From: Candidatus Shapirobacteria bacterium
Lineage (GTDB): Bacteria; Patescibacteriota; Microgenomatia; UBA12405
Assembly: GCA_041663285.1 (NCBI GenBank)
Contig: JBAZSP010000002.1
Location: forward strand, 1-59,152
DNA length: 59,152 bases
Direction of reading: 5' to 3'
The notes beneath the pieces were generated by a model. The model did not search any database. It was not told the DNA's origin and worked only from the letters and a program-made list of their open reading frames with translations. A program made the position numbers and the translations under genes. This document shows positions 1 to 8,674 of this stretch, in pieces. The first letter of the stretch is position 1. Each line of letters starts with the position of its first letter.

Positions 1-846
1 ACCCGGCTCGTTGAATCCGCCATGCCCGTCGCACCCCACCCCCCAATCCTGGCCAAAGATTACCATTTTTTCTAATTGCTCGTGAAACTTTTTTATTGCC
101 GTCTCTAGATTCTCCTCGCCAATCGGTGGAGAAACAAATCTGTTCTCGTCCTTAAATAAATATTTCCAGAAATTCCATTGCTCAGCCCGGTAAGTAAACG
201 GCATTTGGCTTATTGGCCCGATTTCTCTTTCTGCCCGGCTGAATTCGGTTTTCGTCCAGCCGTAATCATCCAGCGTCGCCAACTTATTTAGATGACCAAG
301 CGCTGTCTTTAGCTCTTCCGCTTCAATCTCTACCACTTCTAAAAATTGCCCGAATCCTCGGTGATTCTCTAAATTATCCAAGAGGTACGGTAGCAATCCC
401 CACCACATTCTGGCCTCGGTCGTTGTGCCCCCGGTAGCCGTACCCTTATTTAATTCCATTCCGGTTTTGTCCAGGGCTATAAGTAACTTCAAGTTAATGG
501 CCATTGCCACCAGCGTCATATCGCTTTTGTCTTTGGTCATTATTACTTTTCTCCCCGGCAACAATCCAATTTTGGCCGCTTCTGCAAAATTACCGATCTT
601 GCCGGCGTCTCTTGGTACCAAAAATTCTGTGGCTTTAATATTTTTATATTCATTTTTGCTCTCCTTTTTGATTGCAGTTTTTTCTGCCAGCGACTCTAAA
701 TCCAGCACCTCGGCCAATAATTCGTTAATTTCTACCGCCGTATTTCTATAACCCTCGGCCTCTCTTTCTTCTTTAACACTTTGCCAAAATAAATCTTTCC
801 ATTTATTCTGTAGTTCAGTCAAGTTACTGCCGTTTATTTTTGTCAT
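1..846 (-). CDS. Partial CDS (3' end lies beyond the window start): NagB/Pgl-family sugar-phosphate deaminase/isomerase-like protein
   Basis: Missing from the ORF track because it is truncated. My reverse-strand translation from ATG 846-844 stays open to base 1 (282 codons, MTKINGSNLTELQNKW...). It ends ...FGQDWGVGCDGHGGFNEPG, matching the LGxGxDGHxxFNEP signature of the glucosamine-6-P deaminase/6-phosphogluconolactonase family. LATLDDYGW resembles the FNLDEY segment. Confidence 0.6.
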   Translation of the reverse strand, partial: MTKINGSNLTELQNKWKDLFWQSVKEEREAEGYRNTAVEINELLAEVLDLESLAEKTAIKKESKNEYKNIKATEFLVPRDAGKIGNFAEAAKIGLLPGRKVIMTKDKSDMTLVAMAINLKLLIALDKTGMELNKGTATGGTTTEARMWWGLLPYLLDNLENHRGFGQFLEVVEIEAEELKTALGHLNKLATLDDYGWTKTEFSRAEREIGPISQMPFTYRAEQWNFWKYLFKDENRFVSPPIGEENLETAIKKFHEQLEKMVIFGQDWGVGCDGHGGFNEPG

Positions 847-930
847 CATAAGTAATTTATCATACAGAACCACTACGTCGCTTTCAACATCAGACCTATC
901 AAATAATTACCTACTTTATTCGAAACTGCT

Positions 931-1887
931 TTAATTAAGAGATATTTTTAAGCCGCATTTTGGGCATACCCGGGTTCCTTCTTTTAGTTCCTGCCCGCAG
1001 GGGCAAATATATTTCCCGTCAGCCCTCTTCTCAATCCCTAGCCTCACCAACCCGTTGGTTGATTGTAAGGTAAAAATACTCAATCCTCTTCCTTCTCCCA
1101 GCCAGGAGCCTCCATGGGCTCCTGCCGGATTTATCAAATGCCCCATTGACGCCATTAGCATTTCAAATAATCTATTATCACCCCTAGCTGCTACCATCGC
1201 CGTCTCCACTACCCGCATCATTTTCTCCTTATTCTTTACCTCGCCCTGATTTTCAAAAAACTGCCACCAGGCTTCATATTCCGGCATCAGTTCCCGGCAC
1301 TTATCAATCCACTTTTCCAGATCGTCAATTTTGAAGGCTATCGGCTGCTTTCTTACCCCTTCAACTCCATAAGCCGGATCCATAGTTATCCCCCCATTAG
1401 CCATTAATCTTTCTGCCAAATCCACCGACTCAAACCTGTTTAACAATAACGGAATTCCTCTGCCACGTAGTATCTTTGCATCTCCCGCTGTTTCCGCCAG
1501 CAGTATATTAAATCTGCCTTCGTCATACACACCTCCGTTAGCCGTCCCTTCATCTGCCGGGCTTATCCAAAAAATTAGATCATATCCGCCTTCCGCCAGT
1601 TCACACGCATTTCTGGTGGCAATTTCCTCTGCTCTGCGATGTTTGTTGTATTCCGGAAAATCCATTTCCGGCACACCTCCTCTGGATATAATTGGATCGG
1701 CCAAATTAATCCTGTCTAGTACGTCCTTTCCTTTCCCTTCCTCCAACCACACCCCCGCAATTTCCCTAACGGGATTCTTTCTTATATCATAAAACTTGCA
1801 CCCTTCTGCTCTAGTTACCATATACTTGTTGCTCGCAAGACTTAAGGCTCGGGCTATAACCGTAGCGGCACTGCCTAGGGATTCCAC
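931..1887 (-). CDS. Hypothetical protein with a C-terminal CPCG-x9-CPKCG zinc ribbon
   Basis: 318-aa ORF, last in the co-directional nrdR-nrdJ-adenosyltransferase string. Its purine-rich codon usage is typical of minus-strand genes here. No family recognised. Confidence 0.6.
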   Translation of the reverse strand: MESLGSAATVIARALSLASNKYMVTRAEGCKFYDIRKNPVREIAGVWLEEGKGKDVLDRINLADPIISRGGVPEMDFPEYNKHRRAEEIATRNACELAEGGYDLIFWISPADEGTANGGVYDEGRFNILLAETAGDAKILRGRGIPLLLNRFESVDLAERLMANGGITMDPAYGVEGVRKQPIAFKIDDLEKWIDKCRELMPEYEAWWQFFENQGEVKNKEKMMRVVETAMVAARGDNRLFEMLMASMGHLINPAGAHGGSWLGEGRGLSIFTLQSTNGLVRLGIEKRADGKYICPCGQELKEGTRVCPKCGLKISLN

Positions 1888-1904
1888 CTAGTTCCAAAAT
1901 TATT

Positions 1905-2378
1905 CTACTTTACAGCTCTTCCTAAAGTAAATAAGTAACTCGATAATCGATTCATGTATTTCAAAACCACCGGATCTAGTTTTTTTATTTTTGCCAGCGC
2001 CACCATTCTTCTCTCGCACCTTCTGGCTACCGTCCTCGCCCAGTTTAAATCAATATTTAGTTGTCCTCCCGCCTTTAAAAACTTCTCTACCGACTCCATT
2101 TCGCTCTCCGTTCTTTTAATATCCTCCTCCATTTGGCAAAGCGATTCCTCTAACGTTATCTCTTTTCCATAACCAGCCAAGTATGCCGATAAGTAATATA
2201 GATCAGAATTAATCCGATCCGAGACTTTCGTCAACTGATTTTTATGCATTACCAAGGCAATAACAGCCATCAATTCATCCAGCTCTCCTATTGCCTCAAT
2301 CAGCTGACTATCTTTCCCTACCCTCTTTCCGGTAACACCCGTCACCCCCTTGTCTCCCGACTTTGTCGTTATGGGCAT
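1905..2378 (-). CDS. PduO-type ATP:cob(I)alamin adenosyltransferase
   Basis: 157 aa. The N-terminus MPITTKSGDKGVTGVTGKRVGKDSQLIEAIGELDEL matches the conserved TKTGDKGxT...RVxKD...EAxGxxDEL start of the PduO/MMAB family. Confidence 0.8.
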   Translation of the reverse strand: MPITTKSGDKGVTGVTGKRVGKDSQLIEAIGELDELMAVIALVMHKNQLTKVSDRINSDLYYLSAYLAGYGKEITLEESLCQMEEDIKRTESEMESVEKFLKAGGQLNIDLNWARTVARRCERRMVALAKIKKLDPVVLKYMNRLSSYLFTLGRAVK

Positions 2379-2388
2379 CTGTTGCTAT

Positions 2389-2416
2389 TCGTAAATCTTA
2401 AATCGTAAATCTTAAA
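2389..2416. repeat. Perfect tandem duplication of the 14-nt unit TCGTAAATCTTAAA
   Basis: Read directly: 2389-2402 equals 2403-2416, with a third partial unit (TCG). It lies in the nrdJ/adenosyltransferase spacer and is related to the TCGTAAT repeats inside leuS. Confidence 0.85.
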
Positions 2417-2424
2417 TCGATTTT

Positions 2425-4956
2425 TTAGCTGCACTTCGAGTATCCGCAATACGCGTTGGAACATTTAAAACAGCCTTCTTCAGCATAAAGCGGTGATCCG
2501 CAATCCGGGCACGACGAAAACTTGCTCTCTTCGGCCGCCTGTTTTGTCCTCACCTCTGCCAACACTTGCTGATCAACCTTAAGGCCTTCAACTTTTGGCA
2601 CAACTAATTCCACCTTTTCTTCAGCAAACAAATTTAATTGCTCACCTCGCGAAATCTCCAACAGCGACTTTCCAACTGCATCAAACATACTCAATACCGC
2701 CCCATTCCCCAGCCCTACTCTTTGGCCACAGGAAATTCCTACCAGCTCTTCAGCCACTTCCTCCAGGCTAGCCCCATATTTTAAGCACAACGACGCCAGC
2801 CGTCCCGTAACCTCCGACGATCCGGCCAAATAGCCTCCGGATTTCCCCAAGGTTACAAATACTTCTACTGGCCCATCCCCCTCCTCAAAAAATACCGATG
2901 TGTACACTTTTCCCACATCACAAGTTTTCCGCAGCCTTACTCCCCTGGCGGCTTCCGGCGTTTTTCTTTTTACCGGTCCGGTCCGGATTATTATTTTTTC
3001 GTCTTTCCCGTTACCCTCTTTCTTTTCCTTAGTTACCTGTATTATCTCTTTCTCCCTCGAGCCAGTTCGATATATTGTTATACCTTTAGTATTTAGGTTA
3101 TAGGCTAATCGGTACGCCGATCTGACATCATCAACCGTAGCCTCTTTATGGAAATTTATCGTTTTGCTTACTGCATTATCAGTATATTTTTGAAAAGCCA
3201 CCTGGATTTTTATGTGCCACTCCGGCTCAATCTCCAAAGCCGTTCTAAAAACCTCTTTGACTTCGTCTGGTATCTCGTCTATTCCGGTTAATTTGCCGCC
3301 ATTTTTTATGATTTTATCAATCAGCTCCGGCCTGTCCAATCCGGATTCCTTTAATGAATTCATAAAAATCGGATTAAGCATCTGCAACACCTTCCCCTCA
3401 ACCGTATTTTTTTGGTACCCCAGCGAAAATGCCGGCTCAATTCCCGACGAGGCGTCGGCCACCATGCTGATTGTTCCGGTCGGGGCAATAGTCGTCAAGG
3501 CCATATTCCGTGGCCGATAGTCTGTTCCTTTATATACACTTATCTCCCAGGCGGGGAAAACCCCCCGAACTTTACCCAGTTCCTGGCTCGCCTCTCTAGC
3601 TTTTTCTGTAACAAAACGCATCACCTTCTCTGCCCACTCCACTCCTTCGGTCGAATCGTATCTTACCCCCAACTTAAACAACATGTCGGCAAACCCCATC
3701 ACTCCCAGACCGATTCTTCTGGTCTTGTCCACCATTTCTCTGATTTTAGCCACCGGAAATTCGTTAACCTCGACTACGTTATCCAAAAACCTGACGGCCA
3801 TTTTTACCACTCTCCCAAGCTCCTCCCAATCCAAACCTTTTCCGTCGCGCCCAGAAACCTCCGGCAAAACCATCCTGGCTAAATTAATGCTACCCAAATT
3901 ACAGGCGTCATAAGGCAATAGTGGCTGTTCGCCACATGGATTTGTCGATTCTATTTTGCCCATCGCCGGCACCGGATTCGAGGTTGATTCGTTCATCCGG
4001 TCAATAAAAACTAATCCCGGGTCACCGTACTGCCATGCCAGCCTGGTTATCAAATTAAAAACCTTATAGGCGTTCAACCGCATCTTTGTTTCTCCATTCC
4101 GGGGATTTATTAGTTCATAGCCTTCACCCTCCCGGGAAGCTTTCGCCCATTCATATAATTTACTTATCCCCTTCTCAATTTCCCGCAATCGAAGGTCTAC
4201 ATCCCGCAACCCCTCTGCCCTCCGTATATCTTCCACCACCTCTTCAGGAATAGAGTCATCGTCGGTAAATTTTTTATCCGTCTCCACCTTCTCCATAAAA
4301 GCGTTAGTGACTGCCAGCGATATGTTGAAATTGGTCAGGCTGTATTCATCCAGTTTTGCCACCGCAAATCTCAATACATCCGGATGATCAATCGAAAGCA
4401 TTCCCATATTCGCCCCCCGCCGCACTCCTCCCTGCTTAATTTGGGAAGTAACATCGTTATAAGCTTGCATAAATGACACTGGCCCTACCGTTGTTCCACC
4501 GCTGCTTTTAATGTAGTCACCGCACGGCCGTAACCGGGTAAACGAAAAACCAGTCCCGCCGCCACTTTTGTGGATTATTGCCATGTTCGACATTGTTTCC
4601 AAAATCGACTCCATCGAATCTTCTATGGGCAGCACAAAACAGGCCGAGAGCTGCTGGTGGGTCTTCCCTGCATTCACCAGGCAGGGTGTATTGGGCAAAA
4701 ATTTCTGCTCTGCCATCAAGCCATAAAAATCCAGCGCCAGATTTTCGACCCCCTCTCCTCCCACCCCAAATTTCCTCTCGGCTCCGGCAATGCTTACTGC
4801 CACCCGCCAAAAAATATCTTCTGCTTTTTCCAGGGCTTTTCCTTTCTCATCTTTTAAAGCATATCTGGTTTCGGCTATATACCTGGCATTATCCGATAAC
4901 TTCGGCTCTGCCAGCTTCCCCCGAGCCGTGCTTTGACGGTTATTTAGTTCGTCCAT
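2425..4956 (-). CDS. nrdJ: Adenosylcobalamin-dependent (class II) ribonucleotide reductase
   Basis: 843 aa with class II RNR motifs (LSACFVLP, NPCGEQPL, VSKTINF) and a C-terminal CPDCG...CFKC...C zinc-ribbon tail. Confidence 0.9.
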   Translation of the reverse strand: MDELNNRQSTARGKLAEPKLSDNARYIAETRYALKDEKGKALEKAEDIFWRVAVSIAGAERKFGVGGEGVENLALDFYGLMAEQKFLPNTPCLVNAGKTHQQLSACFVLPIEDSMESILETMSNMAIIHKSGGGTGFSFTRLRPCGDYIKSSGGTTVGPVSFMQAYNDVTSQIKQGGVRRGANMGMLSIDHPDVLRFAVAKLDEYSLTNFNISLAVTNAFMEKVETDKKFTDDDSIPEEVVEDIRRAEGLRDVDLRLREIEKGISKLYEWAKASREGEGYELINPRNGETKMRLNAYKVFNLITRLAWQYGDPGLVFIDRMNESTSNPVPAMGKIESTNPCGEQPLLPYDACNLGSINLARMVLPEVSGRDGKGLDWEELGRVVKMAVRFLDNVVEVNEFPVAKIREMVDKTRRIGLGVMGFADMLFKLGVRYDSTEGVEWAEKVMRFVTEKAREASQELGKVRGVFPAWEISVYKGTDYRPRNMALTTIAPTGTISMVADASSGIEPAFSLGYQKNTVEGKVLQMLNPIFMNSLKESGLDRPELIDKIIKNGGKLTGIDEIPDEVKEVFRTALEIEPEWHIKIQVAFQKYTDNAVSKTINFHKEATVDDVRSAYRLAYNLNTKGITIYRTGSREKEIIQVTKEKKEGNGKDEKIIIRTGPVKRKTPEAARGVRLRKTCDVGKVYTSVFFEEGDGPVEVFVTLGKSGGYLAGSSEVTGRLASLCLKYGASLEEVAEELVGISCGQRVGLGNGAVLSMFDAVGKSLLEISRGEQLNLFAEEKVELVVPKVEGLKVDQQVLAEVRTKQAAEESKFSSCPDCGSPLYAEEGCFKCSNAYCGYSKCS

Positions 4957-5428
4957 TTTTTACTTTGATAATTTTTAACCTTGGATTTGGGGGAAAATCC
5001 TTAATAAGCTTTTCAAAATCTTCAATATTTTTTATGCCCAAATAAATCGTGGCAAACCGGATATAAGCCACCGGGTCAACATTTTTCAGTTTCTCCATCA
5101 CCATTTTACCGATCTCGTGGCTTGGGATTTCCACACTCGGCCAATTTAGTAGCTTCATTTCCATTTCGTCAATTAACTTCGTCCTTTCTTCTCTGGCTAG
5201 TTTCCAGCAGGCCTTTTCAAAGCACCTTTCCAGCTTCTCCCGGCTATAATCTTCCACCCGCCCGTCCTTTTTGACTACCCTAAGCTCAATGTTGCCTACC
5301 TTCTCATAAGTAGTAAATCTTTTTTGGCACTTTAAACACTCCCTTCGTCTCCGGGTAGCCTTGCCCTCCTGGGCATCCCGGCTCTCCAAAACATTTGATT
5401 CATCAAAACCACAGTACGGACAAAGCAT
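4940..5428 (-). CDS. nrdR: Transcriptional repressor NrdR
   Basis: MLCPYCGFDESNVLESRD...RRRRECLKCQKRFTTYE is the NrdR zinc ribbon, followed by an ATP-cone. Overlaps the nrdJ start by 17 nt. Confidence 0.9.
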   Translation of the reverse strand: MLCPYCGFDESNVLESRDAQEGKATRRRRECLKCQKRFTTYEKVGNIELRVVKKDGRVEDYSREKLERCFEKACWKLAREERTKLIDEMEMKLLNWPSVEIPSHEIGKMVMEKLKNVDPVAYIRFATIYLGIKNIEDFEKLIKDFPPNPRLKIIKVKNGRTK

Positions 5429-5497
5429 TTATTTTTTAAGCTGAATTTATTTCAGCAACTTACAATAAAAATTAAAATGTAAACCCCACCTCCGCTA

Positions 5498-5545
5498 AAC
5501 ACTATTTATAGCGAATGTCTAAAATCATACCCACTGCCCATAGCG
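5498..5545 (-). promoter_or_regulatory. Two candidate NrdR boxes upstream of nrdR
   Basis: CACTATTTATAGCG (5500-5513) and CACTGCCCATAGCG (5532-5545) start 32 bp apart. Read on the minus strand, box 1 matches 13/15 and box 2 matches 10/15 positions of the ACACTATATATAGTGT-type palindrome. They lie 70-117 nt upstream of the nrdR ATG. Confidence 0.5.
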
Positions 5546-5617
5546 CCTGTCAACTATTAATCTGTACTACATTTAACTACAAAACTGTCTCATTTCCTCC
5601 AACCAAATCCGCATCAC

Positions 5618-6721
5618 TTATTTACTCAAGTTAGCTATTAGTCTTTCTCCTTTCCATATTAACCAAGCCATAATACTGGTTAAGCCAGTCGAAATTCCAA
5701 AAATTAATCCCTGCCATCCCAAATATACCGACCCAAAATCACCGTTAAGTCTGAACATCAACCTGGCCAGCAAATACAGAACCGTAAAATGGCTTAAATA
5801 AAATTGATAGGATATTTTGCCAAAAAACTGCCAAAATCTGCTTGTCAAAAATCCAAGTTCCCCTGACGAATCATCCGCCACCACCCCCAAAACCAGCCAC
5901 ATACTCAAAGCCTGAAACCACTCCCCAACAAATCCAAAAAGTTGGTATCTGGCCCACCAGGCCACTGCCACCAACCCCCACACCACCCCCTGCCTTCCCC
6001 ATCCTTTCTTAAACAAAATTCCCAAACTATTTTTCCACTCCGGAATAATCATCCCCAGGTAAAACAAATAAAAATAATTTGCATCAATAAAGTTATCTGA
6101 CCGAATTAACCATCTGGGAATCCAATACAGTCCGGCCACCACCAGCCACTGCCACCAACCTGTTATCTTTTCCTTTAATAACTTAAAAGCCGGAAAAAAC
6201 AACGTTGCCAAAACTATTACCCGCAAAGTCCAAGTCACCCCGCCTATATATAAATGTATCATCGTTAGGTTCAATCCCAACTCCTTAAGGGTCATTTGGA
6301 AATTCATCCAATAGTGATACCAATCACTTGCCGCTGCAAATCTTTGGTGTTCAAATCCGCCAGCTGTCATATATATTGCCGTTATTACCACCATCAGCCC
6401 GTACGCTGGATAAAGCCTGACAAATCTTTTCCCATAAAACCTCACTAATGTTGGCCAGCCAATATTTTTTCCTTGCCACCAATAACTCATCACCAACCCG
6501 GAAATCAAAAAAAATATTGTCACCGCCATCCCGCCATTTCCCACCAGCATCATTATTTGATTAATTTTACTTTGCCAATCCGTAAACTTAAAAATATTTT
6601 GCCCCCAAATATTGGCCTCGGCCGGTACTTTTAGCACCAAAAACGAATGGTTCAAGGCCACCAGCAGTGCTAACACTCCCCGTAGTCCATCTATTTTTTT
6701 GTTTCTCTCTCCCGGTCTCAT
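5618..6721 (-). CDS. Acyltransferase family 3 (OafA-like) integral membrane protein
   Basis: 367 aa and polytopic. The N-terminal IDGLRGVLALLVALNHS motif is typical of Acyltransferase_3. Confidence 0.7.
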   Translation of the reverse strand: MRPGERNKKIDGLRGVLALLVALNHSFLVLKVPAEANIWGQNIFKFTDWQSKINQIMMLVGNGGMAVTIFFLISGLVMSYWWQGKNIGWPTLVRFYGKRFVRLYPAYGLMVVITAIYMTAGGFEHQRFAAASDWYHYWMNFQMTLKELGLNLTMIHLYIGGVTWTLRVIVLATLFFPAFKLLKEKITGWWQWLVVAGLYWIPRWLIRSDNFIDANYFYLFYLGMIIPEWKNSLGILFKKGWGRQGVVWGLVAVAWWARYQLFGFVGEWFQALSMWLVLGVVADDSSGELGFLTSRFWQFFGKISYQFYLSHFTVLYLLARLMFRLNGDFGSVYLGWQGLIFGISTGLTSIMAWLIWKGERLIANLSK

Positions 6722-6791
6722 AATTGCCTATATTATGCTAAATCAATTTAATTTCAAGCCCCCCTTCGCAGGTACCAAACTAGCTTTATCC

Positions 6792-6800
6792 TGCTATAAT
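6792..6800 (+). promoter_or_regulatory. Extended -10 (TGcTATAAT) ending 5 nt before the secE ATG
   Basis: Read directly. No Shine-Dalgarno can fit in the 5-nt gap. Confidence 0.45.
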
Positions 6801-6805
6801 ACCTC

Positions 6806-7135
6806 ATGTCCAAAGTCCTCCAATATTTGAGGGAAGTACAGGTAGAGTTTAAAAACATCACCTGGCCCAAAAAAGACGCTTTAATCAAGCTAACAGTTGT
6901 GGTAATATCACTATCTGTCGTTATCTCCTTAATCTTGGGCGGATTTGATTACTTATTCACCCAATCTTTTGGCCTAATTAGCAATCTTAAAACCCAGCCT
7001 CAGGCTCCTCAAAATCCTGGTGCTTTGCCAATTTCGATTACGGTCGAACCATCGACCCCTTCGGCTTCTTTAGCTCAGTCACCAACCAAGAACCCGGCTC
7101 CAACCATTCTTAGCCCTCAACCTACCAAAAAATAA
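6806..7135 (+). CDS. secE: Preprotein translocase subunit SecE with a Pro/Ser/Thr-rich C-terminal tail
   Basis: REVQVEFKNITWPKKDALIKLTVVVISLSVVISLILGGFDYLF is the SecE core plus TM helix. Its position immediately upstream of nusG is conserved. Confidence 0.75.
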   Translation: MSKVLQYLREVQVEFKNITWPKKDALIKLTVVVISLSVVISLILGGFDYLFTQSFGLISNLKTQPQAPQNPGALPISITVEPSTPSASLAQSPTKNPAPTILSPQPTKK

Positions 7136-7140
7136 GTTTA

Positions 7141-7205
7141 AAAATTAATAAATTTGATATTTTAAATTGATTAGAAATTAGAAATTTAATATTAGAAATT
7201 AATAT
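7141..7205. repeat. AT-rich TTAGAAT-type heptad array
   Basis: gattagaaattagaaatttaatattagaaatt in the secE-nusG spacer. Confidence 0.6.
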
Positions 7206-7206
7206 A

Positions 7207-7803
7207 ATGCCTCAAACTTCCAACAAAACAACCAAAAAAGAGTTCCTTTTTCAACTCTCCGATTCGTCTCCCTCCTTCGATGCCGCTTGGTACGTCATCA
7301 ACACTTATTCCGGCCACGAATACAAAGTAATCGAAGCCCTCAAAACCCGCATCCGAACCATGGGCATTGAAAAGAAAATTTTTCAGGCCATAATCCCCAT
7401 CCAGCCCAAAATGGTTATTCGCCGCGGCCAAAAGGTTAAAACTCAAGAAAAAACTCTCCCTGGTTATGTTTTGATCCAAATGGTTCTGGAAGATGACTCC
7501 TGGGTAACCGTTCGAACCACTCAAGGTGTCACTGGTTTTGTTGGCATTGGCAACCAGCCATCCCCGGTATCCCAGGCCGAAGTTGACCAAATCCTCAAAA
7601 CCACCACCGAAGAAAAGCCCAAATACCAGGCTCCCTTCTCTATTGGTGACGTTGTCAAGATCACCAATGGCCCTTTTGCCGACTTTATCGGTACCATCGA
7701 TTCCATCGATCAGGAAAAAGGCAAAATTCGCTGCCTGGTCTCTTTTTTCGAACGCGAAACCCCGGTCGAGCTCGACTTTTTACAAGTCAGCAAGGAGTTA
7801 TAA
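7207..7803 (+). CDS. nusG: Transcription termination/antitermination factor NusG
   Basis: WYVINTYSGHEYKV NGN motif and a C-terminal KOW (GDVVKITNGPFADFIGTI). Confidence 0.9.
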   Translation: MPQTSNKTTKKEFLFQLSDSSPSFDAAWYVINTYSGHEYKVIEALKTRIRTMGIEKKIFQAIIPIQPKMVIRRGQKVKTQEKTLPGYVLIQMVLEDDSWVTVRTTQGVTGFVGIGNQPSPVSQAEVDQILKTTTEEKPKYQAPFSIGDVVKITNGPFADFIGTIDSIDQEKGKIRCLVSFFERETPVELDFLQVSKEL

Positions 7804-7804
7804 T

Positions 7805-7930
7805 TTTAAATCCTAATCATCAATATCTAATATCTAAATAAATCCAAAATTCAAATTATCAAATATTTTGATCGTTTAGAATTTAGGATTTTTGATTTAG
7901 AGTTTTAAAATTTAAGAATTAAATTTTGCA
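7805..7930. repeat. AT-rich heptad arrays in inverted orientation (aaatcctaa... / ...tttagaatttaggattt)
   Basis: The left part reads as the reverse complement of the right part (imperfect). Units are TTAGAAT/TTAGGAT/TTTGATT. Confidence 0.6.
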
Positions 7931-7932
7931 TT

Positions 7933-8358
7933 ATGCCTAAAAAAATTAAAACCGTCGTCAAGTTAGCCATCCAGGCCGGTGCTGCCAATCCGGCTCCTCC
8001 GGTCGGTACCGCTCTCGGCCCCCAAGGTATCAAAATCATGGATTTCTGCAAGGAGTTCAACGAACAAACCGCCTCCATGAAGGGCTCTTTAATCCCCTGC
8101 GTCATCACTATTTTTGAAGACCGGAGTTTTTCTTTTGTAACCAAAAAACCTCCTGTTTCCGACATGATCAAAAAAGCCCTGGGTTTGTCCAAAGGGTCCG
8201 GAACCACCGGTCGGGAAAAAATCGGCAAAATTACCCAAGCCCAGATTACCAAAATCGCCACCGACAAACTACCGGATCTAAATACCCAAGATCTTGAAGC
8301 CGCCCGCCACATGGTCACCGGCACCGCCCGATCAATGGGATTAGAAATTATTGATTAA
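7933..8358 (+). CDS. rplK: 50S ribosomal protein L11
   Basis: KLAIQAGAANPAPPVGTALGPQGIKIMDFCKEFN is canonical L11. Confidence 0.95.
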   Translation: MPKKIKTVVKLAIQAGAANPAPPVGTALGPQGIKIMDFCKEFNEQTASMKGSLIPCVITIFEDRSFSFVTKKPPVSDMIKKALGLSKGSGTTGREKIGKITQAQITKIATDKLPDLNTQDLEAARHMVTGTARSMGLEIID

Positions 8359-8674
8359 ATAGCAAAATGCCAACATCTGACCAAAAATTTTTTAAAAAAT
8401 TAAAGGAAGCTCAGGCGTCTTTCCCCCTTCTTCGAAGCTCTCAAGGTGGACGATTAGAGTGTGGCCAAGAAGGCCGTGGGCTCCCTGCCTGTGATGTCTG
8501 GACAGTACAAAGACAACCTGGGATAGGTTCTCGATTAGATCCTCACCGCCTCCTACCCAAACAAGTCGCTCCAGAAATCACCTCCTGCAGAAATTGCCTA
8601 AGACGAGAAGCATTGTAGCTCTACCTCGAACCTAATTCGTGTTATCATATCCAGTGTTAATTTTTTAAAATAAA

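Noticed and set aside
425-751. Numerous track ORFs that lie antisense to, or out of frame within, clear genes. Examples: 425..751, 1055..1249, 1954..2172, 3412..3882, 4517..4810, 4578..5045, 14022..14737, 35073..35676, 37912..38481, 40491..41066, 53415..53975.
   Set aside because: Each is fully contained in a longer ORF with recognisable motifs on the other strand or frame. Their Ser/Pro/Leu/Phe-rich or Arg-rich compositions are what the strong strand bias produces in non-coding frames.
7805-7930. AT-rich repeat arrays (also at 24440-24585 and 52216-52312) considered as CRISPR arrays.
   Set aside because: The units are only 7-8 nt, degenerate and contiguous. There are no spacers of 25-40 nt, no repeats of 23 nt or more, and no cas genes in the window.
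8367-8618. The 83-aa ORF between rplK and rplA as a real protein.
   Set aside because: Its Arg/Cys/Gly/Gln-rich composition is unlike + strand proteins of this genome, and the sequence is G/C-balanced as paired RNA would be. It is kept only as an alternative in the finding.
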